Origin: the human T2T-CHM13v2.0 reference genome, Homo sapiens
DNA: 64,000 nt
Reading direction: 5' to 3' (one strand)
Assembly (NCBI RefSeq): GCF_009914755.1
Contig: NC_060926.1
The notes under the pieces are model-generated. The model was given only the letters and a program-made list of their open reading frames with translations. It ran no database searches and was not told where the DNA came from. Each line of letters starts with the position of its first letter. Position 1 is the first letter of the stretch. Below, piece by piece: positions 12,631 through 29,153 of the stretch. The position numbers were made by a program, and so were the translations under genes.

Positions 12631-15159
12631 AAGTTATTTTGAGGATAAATTAAAACACTGTAATTAAAAGGATCTTTGTAAATATGCAAGTGTTAAACAA
12701 GTATAAAGCACTGTAATCATTTAATTAATATATGTGTAGATGTATGTACACATACATACACGTGTGTGTATGTGTCTGTGTGCGTATGTATGAAATATTG
12801 ACAGATGCCTATTTCTAGATCACATGATGGCTGAGAATTTTCCTAATGTGGCACTTTCTTAACAAAATTTATCTTGTGAGAGTAAGAAACTATATATGTA
12901 AATTCCCCAGGAGAGAATATGACATGTTGTACAAGCTCAATACATGATAGCTACTCTTATTATAACATTTAGTTGACTTGAGTTTGAAGCATTGATAACA
13001 TTGCTAAGGAATGATGATATCCCTGAACTAGATGGAGCTCAAAATCCAACCAAAGGAACAACTGATAGCTGATCAAAGATTTTCATCAACAATAAAAATA
13101 TTCTATGTCTAATAAAAATCTCCTCATGGTGACTCCACACATATTGGACAGAAGGGCCTTGTATAAAGTCTACCAATAATCTCAGAATAATCTGAGAAAG
13201 AGGACACCCTAAGAATTATGGCTTCACTGACAACATTAGAGAACATATCAAACTCAAACGAATATTCTGGGGTCTTTTTCTGTGTGGATTTTGCTTTAGA
13301 GTCCATGAGAGTAAGAAACTTCTTTAACCCTTATGATTAACAGATTTGGATACATATGTTTGAATCAGGTGACCTAATTTCCTGTTGATCACAGCCCAGG
13401 AACTCTTTCAAAATTCTTGTGATTGGTCATATTTTCCTAGGAAGTACTGAGCATGTTTAGGGAATGGGGAAAATATTTGCCTTACATAGGATATTTATCC
13501 AAAGGTAGAGTGAGAAAAGTCTGTTGCCTTGAGATTGAATAAAGATCATGATTACATATTTATACCTAAAATTGACCAAAGAGTTTCAAATATACACAAT
13601 TGTCACCAATGCCTTTGCAGGATATTTGAATCCAGGAGATTTATATTCCAACATGAACTTTCAGAAATGTACTTTAATGCTGAGGCAAAATTTGAAATAA
13701 CAGGTCACAGGTGTGAAACTGGAAAGAGCAGCATGTTATCCTGGAATGTAAGATTTCAGAAACAGAGTGACTCTTTTTAGCAAAATTGATTATAAGTCCC
13801 TGAGATGTAAGGAAATAGAAGAGACCCCACTAAATAAGATTGATAGAAAATACTTTCTCAGAACAGCAATCTTGCTTGTATAGTTAGAGCAGAAAGGGTT
13901 GCTATCATGTATTCATATCTTCAGTCATCCCAGAGAACTGTTCAACAATTTTAATATTCTAATATTTTCAGGTTCGCATGAGTAGGCTTATATGTTTGTG
14001 TGTATTTAATAATAGAGTAGAGTGCATTGGTAGATGATTGAGATATATTGTTTTAATTTAAATTATTTGCATGTTATGCTTTTGGGAAGAGGGATTATTA
14101 AACCTTTAAAAACTCCTAAAGTTAAGACTATTATTCTATACTAATGCATCCCTGATGTGCTAATTACTGAAACGCTCTGAGCAGTTGTTTGAAATATAGG
14201 ATCAATTTAGAGTTAAATACAGAATAACAACATCAAAGTATGCACATCTTGCTTTTTTGTTATGAGTTTCACATTCAAGTTTTCCTTTATATCATTATCT
14301 TATTTCTTATCCATTCATTAACCTGAGAGTCATATGAAAAATGCTTTACAGTGTTGTTTTTAATTATCTATCTTTCAGGGTGAAAAACAAGGCAGGGTTC
14401 AGCTTTGTGTTAATTAATGTATTATGCTTAATTTATTTCTACACCCCACATTTCTCTGTTTTACTTGGCCTTCTGAAACATCTTTCTGAATTTGAATTAA
14501 TGTGCTTTTGAAGAACCTTTCTAAAAATGTATTTAAAGTTTGTAATGTCTTTGGAATTTACAAATTTAAGGCAATAAAGTTTTGTTTTATAAAAGTGGAA
14601 CACACGCCATATTTAAATCTGCTGCAGAAACTAAATCAATAAAGAATATGGCATCTTTCTAGATAAAGAATGGCAATATGTGACTAATTTATGTTCTGCA
14701 ATTTTAAGGGCTTACAGTATTTAACATTGCAGTCTCAATATTTTGTGCTGATTCACTTTGAAGGACAAAAGCAGAAAAAGAAGCAATTTTTACTAGAACA
14801 GTACCATGATTATTCCCAGAGAAGAGTGGAAGGGTGGGTATGATCATGTAGTGGGCCACCCTCCCTCTAACAATATTTTCACCTGAGTCAAAGCAGTCTG
14901 AAAGTCTTGAAGAGGAAGAGAAGGCAGGGAAGACATGGTGAAGAGCAACATACAAACCGAGTCACATGAAAAAGCAGAAAGAGGTGACACAGTTGCTGGG
15001 CAAGAATGAGTGAATAGGACTCGTGGAGAAAGAAAAGGAGTTAGATATATGTGATGTGCATATACAACACAGGAGAAACTCAAGTCTTTTTATGTTTTTT
15101 GTTTTTCCCGTAGCAATAGCTGAATGTCTACAAAATGTATATGTAAATAAATAATCAGC

Positions 15160-15310
15160 CCCAGTCCATCTACTCATCTATTTATTAGATATAGACTCAG
15201 TTCCAGTAACTAGGGGTTACAGCAGTGAACAAGACACATCTGTGTTCTACTCTCCTGGAACTTATAATCTATTGGGAAGCTGCCATTATACTAATAGAAA
15301 TGTAAATACA
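15160..15310 (-). mobile_element. LINE-2 3' fragment
   Basis: acagcagtgaacaagacac...ctcctggaacttataatcta, reverse L2 end. Confidence 0.6.
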
Positions 15311-15324
15311 TATCATTAGAAGTC

Positions 15325-15480
15325 TGATTCTGGAGTCAGGGTCTTGGGTTTCGTTCACTTATTGGCTGTGCGGGTGTCAGTTATTAAATCTTCTAAGCCT
15401 TCCTTTACTCACTTTTAAGTGACTGTAATACTAGTGTCTACTTTATAAAATGTCCATAAAAATTAAAGAGCTAATACTCC
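15325..15480 (+). mobile_element. MIR
   Basis: tctggagtcag...cacttattggctgtg...gttattaaatcttctaagcct MIR core. Confidence 0.6.
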
Positions 15481-15959
15481 AAAGAAGGGGAGATAGGAGA
15501 TGAGATCAGGAAAACGCCCATAGGGCTTTGGAATTGGTACAGTTTAGCTTCAGGTTACAGAGTAGAGCATGACTGAGGGTTATCATGCTAATGTATATCA
15601 CATATATTGTTTTGTATATATAAAATCCTTTTTATTTAATCATTAAAAACAATTTTTAGAAAACTTAAGGAAAGTAAGACATCAGTAGTCTTTTATACGG
15701 TGATTATCTCTATGGCCTAGGATTATGGGAAAGTTTATTGCTCATTTCTGAGAATTTTTAATTTGTGAAAATGAATTTATTAAAACAAGAGAGGCAAAAT
15801 AAAAATAAATAAAGTGATAGTTAAGTGTAAAATATTCGTATTCCAGTAATGGACTGTAGAGAGCTGTAAAAATAAAGCTTTTATTGTAGTTAAAAAAAAA
15901 GCAGTGTATGTCAAGTAGTGATGCGGAATGCAGTAGTATAAATATACCACACACAAACT

Positions 15960-16165
15960 ATTCCTGGGTGACCTTTAGGAAGAAGGATGAGAGTGGTGAT
16001 TGAATTGAGGCACAAGGGAAATGTCAGGGCTTATGGTGATATTCTCCTTTTTGTTCTGGTGATGATTACACGAGGTGTTCATTTGTGATAATTCAGAAAG
16101 CCATATGCTTATGAACTATGCACTGTTCTCTATGTATATTTCAATAACTAAATCAATTTAAGAGA
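15960..16165 (+). mobile_element. L1ME-like 3' UTR end
   Basis: ggtgttcatttgtgataattcagaaagccatatgcttatgaactatgcactgttctctatg. Confidence 0.65.
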
Positions 16166-17051
16166 AAATAGAAAAATGTACAGACTTCTCCTTCAGCCCT
16201 ACCCAAAAACTCATGCCTTAGCAGTCAGTATAATATTCATACTGTTCGTGTTGGATGAATTTGGACCAAAAAAAATCACCCCATTAATGTTGCTAATTGG
16301 AATGTTACAGGTTTTATAGTTTGTTTGGAGCCAATTTAAACTTAGATTTTAAAATTAAATGTTGGCTACAAGCATAACAGTAGCTTGCAACTAGTTGTAA
16401 GTGTATACGTGTTTAAATTACATAAAGAGAGTTCAAGTCAAGACTTGGGGTCTGTGATTTTTTTTTTTTTTTTACTTTAAAAGGAATCCTTCTATTACTT
16501 AACTTTCCTATATGCATTTGGAAGACAGTGCCTTATAAAACAAAAGTCATGAGAGATAAAGAAATTTCTGAAAATCTTAACTCTTTGACACTTGTCATTT
16601 GCTACTACTACAGGAAATTAATTTTTTCTGTGTTTTTTTTCAAAAGTAATTTCCTCCTTTTAGAGATTGGTAAAATGAATTTATTTTCACGATTAGTTCA
16701 CAAAGGTAAAGTCATAAAGCTATTGTTGACTCTGTTCAATGATGTGTCAGATCTTGGAATGCAGTACCTACTCCAATGCACAGAAATTTCATGAAGCCAG
16801 AATGGAAGAGCCAGACCTCCTTTCCCTCCAATTCAAAATTCATCCATTCATTGAAAAAAATATGTATCTGAATGTCCATAGGTGCCAGGTACTGTTCTCC
16901 AAAATGGGAGTCCAGAATGATAACACATACATGTGATATGAAGAGCAATGTAAATCTGTCTCTCAAAGTTAGAACCATAAAGCCTTGCTGTTGATATCAC
17001 CCACTTTCTACCAATTGTAAGAACCGATTCATTAATAAGTCTAGTTGTCCT

Positions 17052-17058
17052 GAGAGAC

Positions 17059-17089
<31 letters not shown>
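17052..17089. repeat. (GA)n microsatellite
   Basis: Directly visible GA run with two GACA interruptions. Confidence 0.9.
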
Positions 17090-18412
17090 CTATAAAAATT
17101 TGGGAAACTTTGTAACAAAATAGTACTCATATCTAACACAACAAAGTCATAGTTTAGATACTCTTATTTCAGAATTTGTGGCAACAGCTATAGGTTGATA
17201 AAGTGGCATTTATTTATTTTTCAAAAGACATAGGTATTATAACATAAAATACCGAAAGAATGTCGTACCAAATGTTATCCATGGTTATTCTGTGTAGTTG
17301 GATTATACATGATTTTACTTTCTTTATGCTTTCTGTAATTTAAATTTTAAATACACAGTAATCGCTGTTGTAATCAAAGAGAAAATAGCAAATTGTAAAG
17401 TATAGACCTTGAAACTAAGTTTAAAAATGTACAAAGAGACCTATCTGTATTTGTAATGGTCAATATCACAACATTTATATATAACCATGGAGAACCATAA
17501 TTTCCTAAATGTTGGTCCAGAAAAAACCCAGACAATAAATGATTTCTCAATCAATACAACTGAACTCAAGAAAGACTTTTTATAGTGTTCTGGCACTGAA
17601 TTTGGCTTGCTTAATATAGGATAGTCTAATTTTTTTATTTCTTCTTCCGAAGGGTATGGATCAAAAATAGGTAGAGAAGATGATATTGAAATAGGAAGTG
17701 CTGAAGCAAGAGTAAAAATTTCAAGCATTGTAGCAAAAAGTATAATACAGAAATGCTTTTACTGCTAAATGAACCAGAACTCTTTATTGCAGGGCATGAG
17801 AAGGTGATGATGTCTATTTATTTGCTTAGAGACACATTATATTTAAGTAGATAGAGATTTATATCCCTCTTTGTGTAGCAAATCAGAATATCCAGTTTCT
17901 TAAATGTACATCTCTTATTCAGTAACAAAGCACAGAATTTCCTATTCAGAGAGGGTTTAGATATTTTTAAAATTAACTTAATATATTTAGATCTATGAGT
18001 TAAAAATTCCTCATTTAGAAAAATTTCTACTTGAAAGTTACAGTATTTTAGTGATGAAAATAAGCTTCGGATTAATCACCTATAATTTCCTTACTTTTGA
18101 AATGAAGGCATTGAGATAGGGAAATTAGATGACTTTTCAGCTCAAACTTTCAAGGAAACTACTCCAGAATATCTGAATTCACAAAGGTGAAAGAAAGTGG
18201 AGACATTTCTAATAAGAGACATTGGGTCACATTAGGAAACTGTCTGATTTCCTAAAATAGAAAGACCTTCCCTGTGTGTCTAAATTTATTTAGACATCAT
18301 GTTTCTCAAATTCAATCATAGCATTTTCTGGTATCAACAATTAATTTTTAGTACTTGTTGGGTGCCTGGAAAATTATTCCACAATACAATCAATATAAAA
18401 AGATATTTTTGA

Positions 18413-20000
<1,588 letters not shown>

Positions 20001-22189
20001 GATATTTTTAGACCATACGTTCTGGGAACTTAGCATTATACTTAAGAGATAACCTGTACAATTAGAACATTGGTATAGTACAAGGTAATATCCAATAAAA
20101 TCCCGACTGAATATATTCTAGCGATGAATTGTCTAGCAAGAGGATGACTTGTTACACATGCTCGGAAGGAAACACTTGGATTATTGGCAATGGCTCTATG
20201 ATGAAATCCCATTCCAAATAATCTTAGTATACCTGAGGTGGTGCTGGGAGATTTGGTAGAGTTCTGAAAACTGAAGCAAAGGAACACACAAGTGAATGGA
20301 TATATTACGTTTTACAGCAGTGATGGAAGTGCCTGGTGTGAGGAATATTTCAGATGTATTAGAAAAAAAAAAAGTCAGAGTGGGAAGTTAGGGATACATC
20401 TGAGAAGCTATGGTAGTCATTCAGGAAGAAATGTGTCAGGTCCTGGCCTACAGAACAGAAAGAAAGATACACAACTAAAAATCAGAGAAAAGTAAATTAA
20501 ACAGGACATGAAAAAACTCAATTTACCTAAACCTTAATAATGATTGATTGTTACTCAGTCAGGAAAGAGAGAACAAAGAAGACAAAACAATAAAATAGAT
20601 ATCTCACCCTAAAACGAGAAACAGTTATTCTCTAATATTACTGTCCGGACCATAAGATAGTTTTAATGGAATAAGTCAACCAGGTCAAGGGGATTGAGAA
20701 ATAAAGTGGGAAAGTGTATTCATCAGCTATTAAGAAAAGTTTAGTGTATGGTGGGGCAATGGCATTACCATCTGAAGGGTATAAAACGTTTCTCCTAAGA
20801 TTTTGCTGTCATCCTATATAGTTCTCTTTTATAGCTGAGGAGTTAAGCTCTAATTCATTAACAGCAATCTCCCAATTCAAAAGCCCAAATTAAAAAACAT
20901 GTTTGCTTTCTTTTTTAGCTGGATGTTAAAAACAAAACAAAGCAAATCAAATATCCAAAGCAGTTAACTTCTCGGCCAAGCAGAGAAGTGAATGTACCAA
21001 TTCGTTTCCAATCCTGAGTTTTTGCTAATTTCCCAAACAAATAAAAGTAATTTTATCAGCCAAGACTAGCCAGTGCAAACCATATTCTATTTATTATCAG
21101 AGATAACATTACCAAACTTGGCAAGTAATGGTATAGATGTTTGTCATGGTTTGGTCATAAGGGTTACCCAGTGAGACAATGTGGATCATGTTTTACAAAT
21201 GTTTGTCTACAAAATATGCAAATTAGTTCAGCCTTTAGAGAGAGTCTGGCAGGGGTTCATCTAAATATCTGAATAAAGTTGCATGCCTTAAGAGAACTGT
21301 GGATCTCTACTTGTCTCCTTCGAAATGTTTCCCTAATCCTTTCTGTAATTGTGTATATTCTTCTATATTCTTTCCTTTTATAAATGTGCCTGTGCCTTTT
21401 AGGCCTGAACCAGTTTCACAGACAAACCTACCAAGGTCAAAAAAGTTCTTGAGGGTCATCAGTCTGCCAGGCATGTGAGCTGCTGCACATGAAGTTTCAA
21501 CAACTGCTTCATTGAAGATGAACAATTTTCTGTTCGTCTGAATACTCCAGATCCCCAGTAAAGCCCATGTTCAGTATGGGACAGTTATTTTTAGAAGAAA
21601 GTATTTCTGTCAAAGAGGAGTTGTGGCTGCTAACAGTCCCCAGGATTCCCTCTCTAGATTTGTAAAGGGCATCATAAGCAGCAACACACCAAAAAGCGAG
21701 TGTCCCTCTATCTTTCCTCAGTAATAAAAATTCCCATTAGGAAAAATACGGCTGGTAACACCCTCAGCCTTGACATTGATTTTGCTTGGTCAGCCTCGGG
21801 TCATATTCTCCACGGTGCCATCTTCACGCCTCACTCCCTCACATTCACAACCTTGACGATTTGCGTTGCCATGTAGTCATGGAGAAAATGTGCTCAGTAA
21901 CAATGGCCTGCTGGACCTGGCTTACAGTGGTTCAGACTAGTTCACACTGGCTCTCAAGAAAGAATTTTCAGGACTTTTGCAGGACAGTGGCTAAACATAA
22001 CTATTTTTAATAATTAAATTGTGTACCTTTAAAATTAGATTATACTTTCTAAAAAGGTAACAAATATACAAAAATATTACTTTCTAATTATTGGACAACA
22101 TTTTATTATTATATATGCCTTTGGGTTATGTATGCCTATGAATCTGTACAGTCAAAATTATTTAACAGGAAATATGGCCTGTGACTATG

Positions 22190-22347
22190 CAATTTTTCCC
22201 AATTCTACATTCAGCGATGTCACCTTGGTAGCTTGAGATCAGCTATGTTGGAAATATTTACACCACGAAAGTTGGCAAATGCTACAAATCACAACTCCCC
22301 CTGCCCATTAGAACATTGCTTGTTAGATATTTATTAGCACACCACTG
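22190..22347. mobile_element. MER63 (hAT-Blackjack) fragment
   Basis: ttggcaaatgctacaaatca and terminal tagcacaccactg. Confidence 0.65.
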
Positions 22348-23519
22348 GTAAAGACCCACTATTTTGACAGCTGAGCCATGGGTCAAGATTAAGGGTACAT
22401 TAATTTAAATATCAGCTTTTTCTTTCTGTGCAAACATCACTAGACTGATTTTGTCTAACAAAAGTACATTCAAAAGATGGGTTTCTAAGTAAAATGGCTC
22501 ACAAGCCTTTCTAGTAAATAAAAACTATGTGTATGTACAATGCAGGTTAATGTTATCAGGCATTTAATCAAGAAATGTTCAACTAAAGCATATTTCACTG
22601 CACGGTAAAACAATTAAAAAGCAAATTTACTAGTGATAATTTATAATATGTAGGACCAATATTAAAGTTTTGAGAATAAAATTAAAAATCATTATGCAAT
22701 TAGGAGGCATGTAGATTTAACCAGTCTATTTTATTGCATGAGAGGAATACAGGGCTAACTCTATTTAAGACACTCCATTTAGTCAATTTACAGTTTTCCA
22801 ATGGAGTTATGATTTATTAAATAATCTGGTTCAACTCATCCTTTAGCTGTTAAGAATTTGAAACATGTAGATATAGCTACCTCAGGAAAAAACACAAACT
22901 GTCTCCTGTCATATTTATTCCTGAACATATGTTCACCTCCTTTTGTCAAATTTAATTTTAGGACACAGATTCATGGATTCCAGTTTTTCACCCATAAAGC
23001 TCTACTGGCACATTTCCATAACTGCGTAGTTGTACACTATGCCTAGAATTCTCTTGTGTCACTCCCAGTTGGGCGCTAAAGACTGCATACAGAGATTCCA
23101 TAGCCTCAACAAATAGGGAACCCAAAAAGGTTCAGATTTGTAATCATGTGGCTGGCACATGAAAACACAGTAGTCTCTTTTAGTTTAATCAGAAATCATA
23201 ACATTGAAATCTGCTTTCGAGTTGCACCTGGAATTCACACTGAACTTTGTCCTCGATTCAAGCCACTGAATGACTCCTAGAATCAGGTATGCATAAAAAT
23301 CACTGTGGTATAGGTATTTTTAATATAATTCTCTGGTTCTGTGTTATCTCTTTAAGAATAACCTCTCCTGCCCCCATTCTTTTTTTTTTTTTTTCTTTTT
23401 TGGTCTCTGCTGTCTGCACTGCTGTTTAATGACATGCTGTGTTTAATTGTCATTTAACAGGTGGGTGTATGGTCTTGTCTCCCAGAGTTTTATAAGCTGC
23501 TACAGTGCAAAAAGCCAAT

Positions 23520-23740
23520 ATATGGAGGCAGAATGATCTGGAATGAATCCTTTTTCTGTTGCTTATTTGCTGGGTAACTTTTGAGCCTCAATTTTCTTAT
23601 CTGTTAAAGGCACTTATTTCCCCCTACCTTGACAGAGTTGTAAATCTAAGTAGAAAGGCAATAATGTTCCCCAATTGCCCAAGTCACTTTCTGGCACATC
23701 ATACATCTTCAATAAATAGTATCTATTATTATACTCCCAT
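23520..23740 (+). mobile_element. MIR
   Basis: tgagcctcaattttcttatctgttaaa core. Confidence 0.65.
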
Positions 23741-23786
23741 GATACTAAAGGCTGAAGACAGTATTTCATTATTGTATTACATTTAG

Positions 23787-24098
<312 letters not shown>

Positions 24099-24484
24099 AA
24101 ATTTAATTATTATGGGTATTTAGATGTCTCTCATTCAGTAGCACAGGAATGTTAAAAATATGTTTTCTGCTGAAAAAGCAAACACAATGCCTACAATAAC
24201 TCAATAACTACAATATGCAAGGTTTAGTTAAATCTGCTTATTTTTTTCTGTGAAAATGTATTTAGGCCTCACATTTTAATATAAAACATTTTATTTAATT
24301 AATGTTTAATTTAATAAAATAATCAAATTAAACATTCTTCAATGTTTAATATAAACAGATTTAACTGAACTTTGCATATCGTAGATATTGAGTTTTAGTT
24401 CTAGGCATTATGTTTGCTTTCCCAGCAGAAAATATATTTTTAACATTCCAGTGGTTCTACTTAATAAGAGAGAAGCCCAAATAA

Positions 24485-25042
24485 CAGAAGTGCCATTCAA
24501 TCTAGCAATCCCATTACTGGGTATATACCCAAAGGAAGATAAATCATTCTATTATTAATACTAATGACACATGCATGATGTTCATTGCAGCACTATTCAC
24601 AATAGCGAAGACAAGGAATCAATTTAAATGCTCACCAATGATAGACTGGATAAAGAAAATGTGGTACATATACACCATGGAATAATATGCAACCATAAAA
24701 AAACAATGAGATCATGTTCTTTGCAGGGACATAGATGGAGCTGGAGGCTATTATCCTTAGCAAACTGACACAGGGACAGAAAACCAAATACTACATATTC
24801 TCACTTATAAGTGGGAGCTAAATGATGAGGATACTTGGACACATAGAGGGAAACAACACACGCTGACCTTTCAGAGGGTGGAAAGTGGAAAGAGGAAGAG
24901 AATCAGGAAAAATAACTAATGGGTACTAGGCTTAATACCTAGGTAATGAAATAATCTGTACAACAAACCCCCATGACACAAATTTACCTATGTAACAAAC
25001 CTGCACTTGTACCCATGAACTTAAAATAAAAGTTAAAAAAAA
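24485..25042 (+). mobile_element. Older L1PA (about PA12-16) 3' fragment
   Basis: gcaatcccattactgggtatatacccaaagg; 3' UTR gggtactaggcttaatacc...gaacttaaaataaaagttaaaa. Confidence 0.9.
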
Positions 25043-26771
25043 GTTTTTAGTGCCTTTCAGGGCCATATTGACTCAAGTAAAGGAAATGCTGGTTTTACCC
25101 ATCATTCATTTGTCTGGGATTGCAGATGCACTATTTAGTATACAATTAAATTATTTCTAGAAATTCTGTTTTATAGAGGAAATATATAAACATCTCAATA
25201 TGCCTTTTAGATTAAAAAATACTTGAGGAGAGTAAAGAGGGTAAGGAGTATGAGTAAGAGAAGCATTACTATCTTATTTACAAGCAATGGCTCTCTGAAG
25301 AATCTTTGCTTTCTGCTGGCATCCTGGGACTTTTCTTTATACAACCCAACAAGGACAAAGAGAAGGAAGGGAAGCAATATACAGTAGAATTTGGTCAACA
25401 TTATGTTCTCAGATAATTGGCATGTTAACAGCACCTTTATTTAGGGAGAGAAAACTTGCACAGAAAAGTTTACTTTTTATTTCTACAGGGGAAGTGTATT
25501 GCTTATATAATTTTCAGCACTATCCCATGTGCTGGAATTTCTTGGTCAGATCCCTGCATTCTTATTAGGTAAATATCAGGTCAGTTCCAATTATCTTTTG
25601 TTCCACTTCTCAGTGTTAATAAAGATAGGGAGGAATTTGTCTGCTTCCTGGCCACAGACTCTACTCAGTAGGGCTATTTCCATCCATGAATGATAGGGAC
25701 TGACTACTAAATTAACCAACAATAACAACAATCAGATAGCTCTCTAAATATTAAACAGACATCTCTCCAAACAGGTATAGCTCTAAATATTACATTTGAG
25801 ATTAAATGACTATACACCTTAACTATAATAGAAAGCATGTTGATATGCCAAATTCATAGAGAAGACAGAGTGGTGGTTTCCTCTGAATTGTTCTGAATAT
25901 ATTTTTCTAGGACCACTGTTACGATTTAACTTCATGGACTCCATTCCTATTTATATTTTAGGCTTTATATGCCATTTATTATTGCTCTAGGTCAATAGCT
26001 AAATTTTTTGTAACCTGTGGAGACTTTTGTTTGAGTGAATTTTTACCTATAAACTCAATTTGAGAACTGATCAAAGAGACATTGTTCAGCAGGTAGGGTA
26101 AGAGTGATTTCTGCTAACTCACTTCTCTTACGAAAAATTTTATAGTAGCAAATTCTTTAAAATGATGAATTATAGGAAAAACAAGAGATACTTTTTGTAA
26201 TAACAATTTTATAGCTGTGGTCAGTCTGTTATTATAAATTCATGAGTATTATGATTGGCTAGATCATCTCTACTCATGAAAATAACAGGCTAAGAGGTTA
26301 TATTTTCCACATGTATATGAGGCATAATTTAAAATTCCATTGAAATAAGGCTAAAAACTGTTCCTTGATTCTACATTTCCTCAACACACCCCACAACTGA
26401 ATAGCAAACCAAGACTACTTGCACATAATTTGGCAGATTATGTCACATTTTAAAGTCAAATATTGCTGTTACTACTAATTAATTTTTAAATGATGATATC
26501 AATCAATTGAAAGATTGTGAAACAATTCTGACCTTTGAGAAAGACATCAAACATCAGTGTCCCTGAGGTTAAGATTTGGTAATTGTCTCTTGATAGCTTA
26601 AATTAAAAGCTTACATTTTTCTCCTGTGATTTCTACTGCTGCTGATCTATTGGTACCATATGATCAACTGTGTTTAGTTCTGCAAATATGATAACCTGCA
26701 TCTATTTATCATTAAGACAATGACATTGGCATTGTGTAAGGGAAATTAATGTTGATGCAAACAACATTGAG

Positions 26772-26993
26772 TTTTTTTTTTTTTTGGAGCTAGAGTCTGG
26801 CTCTGTAGCCCAGTCTGGAGTGCAGTGAGTAGTGTGATCTCGGCTCACTGCAACATCCACCTCTTGGGTTCAAGCAATTCTTGTGCCTCAGCCTCCCAAG
26901 TAGCTAGGACAATAGGCACACGCCACCACACATGGCTAACTTTTTGTATTTTTAGTAGAGACGGGGTTTCACCATGTTCACCAGGATGATCTC
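26772..26993 (-). mobile_element. 5'-truncated AluS
   Basis: Poly-T, right arm, linker and part of the left arm; similarity stops at ccaggatgatctc. Confidence 0.9.
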
Positions 26994-29121
26994 CTACCCA
27001 CCACGAGTACAATGAATTGTGGATCTTAGAATCCATACCAGACTTCTCTGAATAAAATTTCTTGATATACACACATGCACACTCATACACACCACACACA
27101 AACATACTTCTGCATCTGGAATGTCAGTTAAAGTGTGTGAGTACTTCAGTAAAAAGACAGTATACTAAATTTGAAAAGTCTGTGTGACAGCGAGAAACAG
27201 ACTTTCACTGCCGTATTTTTCTACTGACAACCCAGTAGGTAGAAAAAAGTGTAGATAATTGGATTTTTTTCCTCTATTGATATTTTAGAGTATAGGATGG
27301 CACAACACCATGCAGGAAAAAAGCAGTACTTTAGGTGAGCTGATAAGGGTTGAGAAAAGTTCATATTTGTGCTTTATTTTCAAACACTGGAAAATAAAAC
27401 AAATATTAGTGTTCAAGAATTTGGGGCCACATGGGAGATCTTAAAAGCCACTTCGAAATAAATGAAATCCAATAAAAGTAAGCATCATAAGGTAGCCAAC
27501 ACACCAAGAGTAATCCAGCAAGAGAGAGTGTAAAGGGAGAGACACAGAAGTTAATGCTGGGATTCCAGATACACCTTCTAAATAATCAAGACAAAAAAAA
27601 CTAAAGTAAATAAAGGAAAACTGCATGGTCATTTATTTTGCTTAGTTTGTAAAAAGGTAAATTTGTAAAAAGGAAAATTTAGATTTTATCCACACAGATA
27701 ATAATGTTGAGTAGTCCACATATATATACTGAATAAATGGGGAAAAAAGAAGATGTTTTGGGAGAAAGGGATTCTCTAAATAGTTATCTTCATGCACTAT
27801 TTGTTAGAGGTCTTTTACTTGTTAAAATTGCTCATTGAAAAACACATCCCTGAGCCCTTTGGCTTAACTCTGATTCTTCATTACAAAGCAGTTCTTGAGT
27901 AAATTGACCACACACAAAAAAATGATCACATCCAGCACACATGCATCTGTAATACCTAGAAACAGCCTGGAAGATAAGAGGTTATAATGGAAAGAAATGA
28001 GCTAAATTTTCAAGATGGGTGTGGTGAATAAGTTTAATTTAGTAGTTTTTCAACTACAGCATGACATTTGTGTTTTTTTCAGACCAGCTCTAATCACATA
28101 TCAGAAAATGTCATAAGTTGGGAAGTATTAAAGATAAATAAGGTGATGTGGAAGAATTATTCTATGTTCAAGCAGCATCAGGAGAGTGAAAGGTTATTTT
28201 CAATGTGCAATGAGTTAGGACGTTAGCACATATATCCAGTTGCAAATCAGAATAGTTAAGGAAGAGAGAAACCACTGATGGCTGGATGTCTCAGGAGGTT
28301 CTGGCAATATTTCTCTTGGGAAGAAAGTTGGCCAAGAGGCAGGAGCTCGTGAACATGTGGTCAAACCTTATAAAATAAGATGGTATGTATTTCTTAATGA
28401 CTGAAAAGAATGAGGATAATTTCCAAATCTCTGAAAAATGTGTCAATGTAAGGTGAACACAAATATGAAACTTTCCTCATGTTAACAAATATAGAAAAAA
28501 AGGAAGACTGGCCTCTATCTCAGAGGAGATTACAGATTAATAAAGAGTCAATTAATATATTATGGATAGAAGAAACAGTATTCTATTGTTGTTAAATTTA
28601 AATGGTACAGTGATTTAATAAATTAATGAAAAAAGCCTGTGAAGATTGATGAGATAGTGTTTTCAAAGTCCCTTAGAGAAAGGTATTATACCAGTATAAA
28701 TATAGCTATTAACAAGTATCTACATATTTTAATGATATGTATTCTCATTCTGAAAACATTCCTGAAGAACTATAATTAACCACCAGTTTTAAATCTCTTA
28801 TCATTCAGTAATTTACATAGCATAAGTATTATAAAGAACTCTCACCCATGCTTCAGAACATGGGAAATAATGAACATCCTTCTGTAGTTTGGAGGTTGGG
28901 CTTTTACAACTACTAGAAAAAAAGGCATCCAATGCCATTGAGAAAGATATCTGTAATAGATCATTAAAACTTTAACTCCGAACTCAGACTGTTCTCCTCT
29001 ACCCTAACAGCTCAGCTTTAAATAGTTCTATTTTACTCTGGCAGACAGGCAGTGGGCATTCATAGATCTTTGCAATATTAAACACTCAGAGAACCAGCTG
29101 GTGCGTGTGGGTATGTGTGAA

Positions 29122-29124
<3 letters not shown>

Positions 29125-29153
<29 letters not shown>
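29125..29153. repeat. (TG)n microsatellite
   Basis: Perfect GT run of about 14 units. Confidence 0.95.

Noticed and set aside
13008-13075. C/D-box snoRNA-like arrangement (ATGATGA ... CTGA)
   Set aside because: Terminal stem is only 2-3 bp and I recognise no guide or family; such short boxes occur by chance in 64 kb.
14822-14868. Imperfect hairpin (ggaagggtgg ... ccaccctcc) as a pre-miRNA
   Set aside because: Stem is too short and of low complexity.
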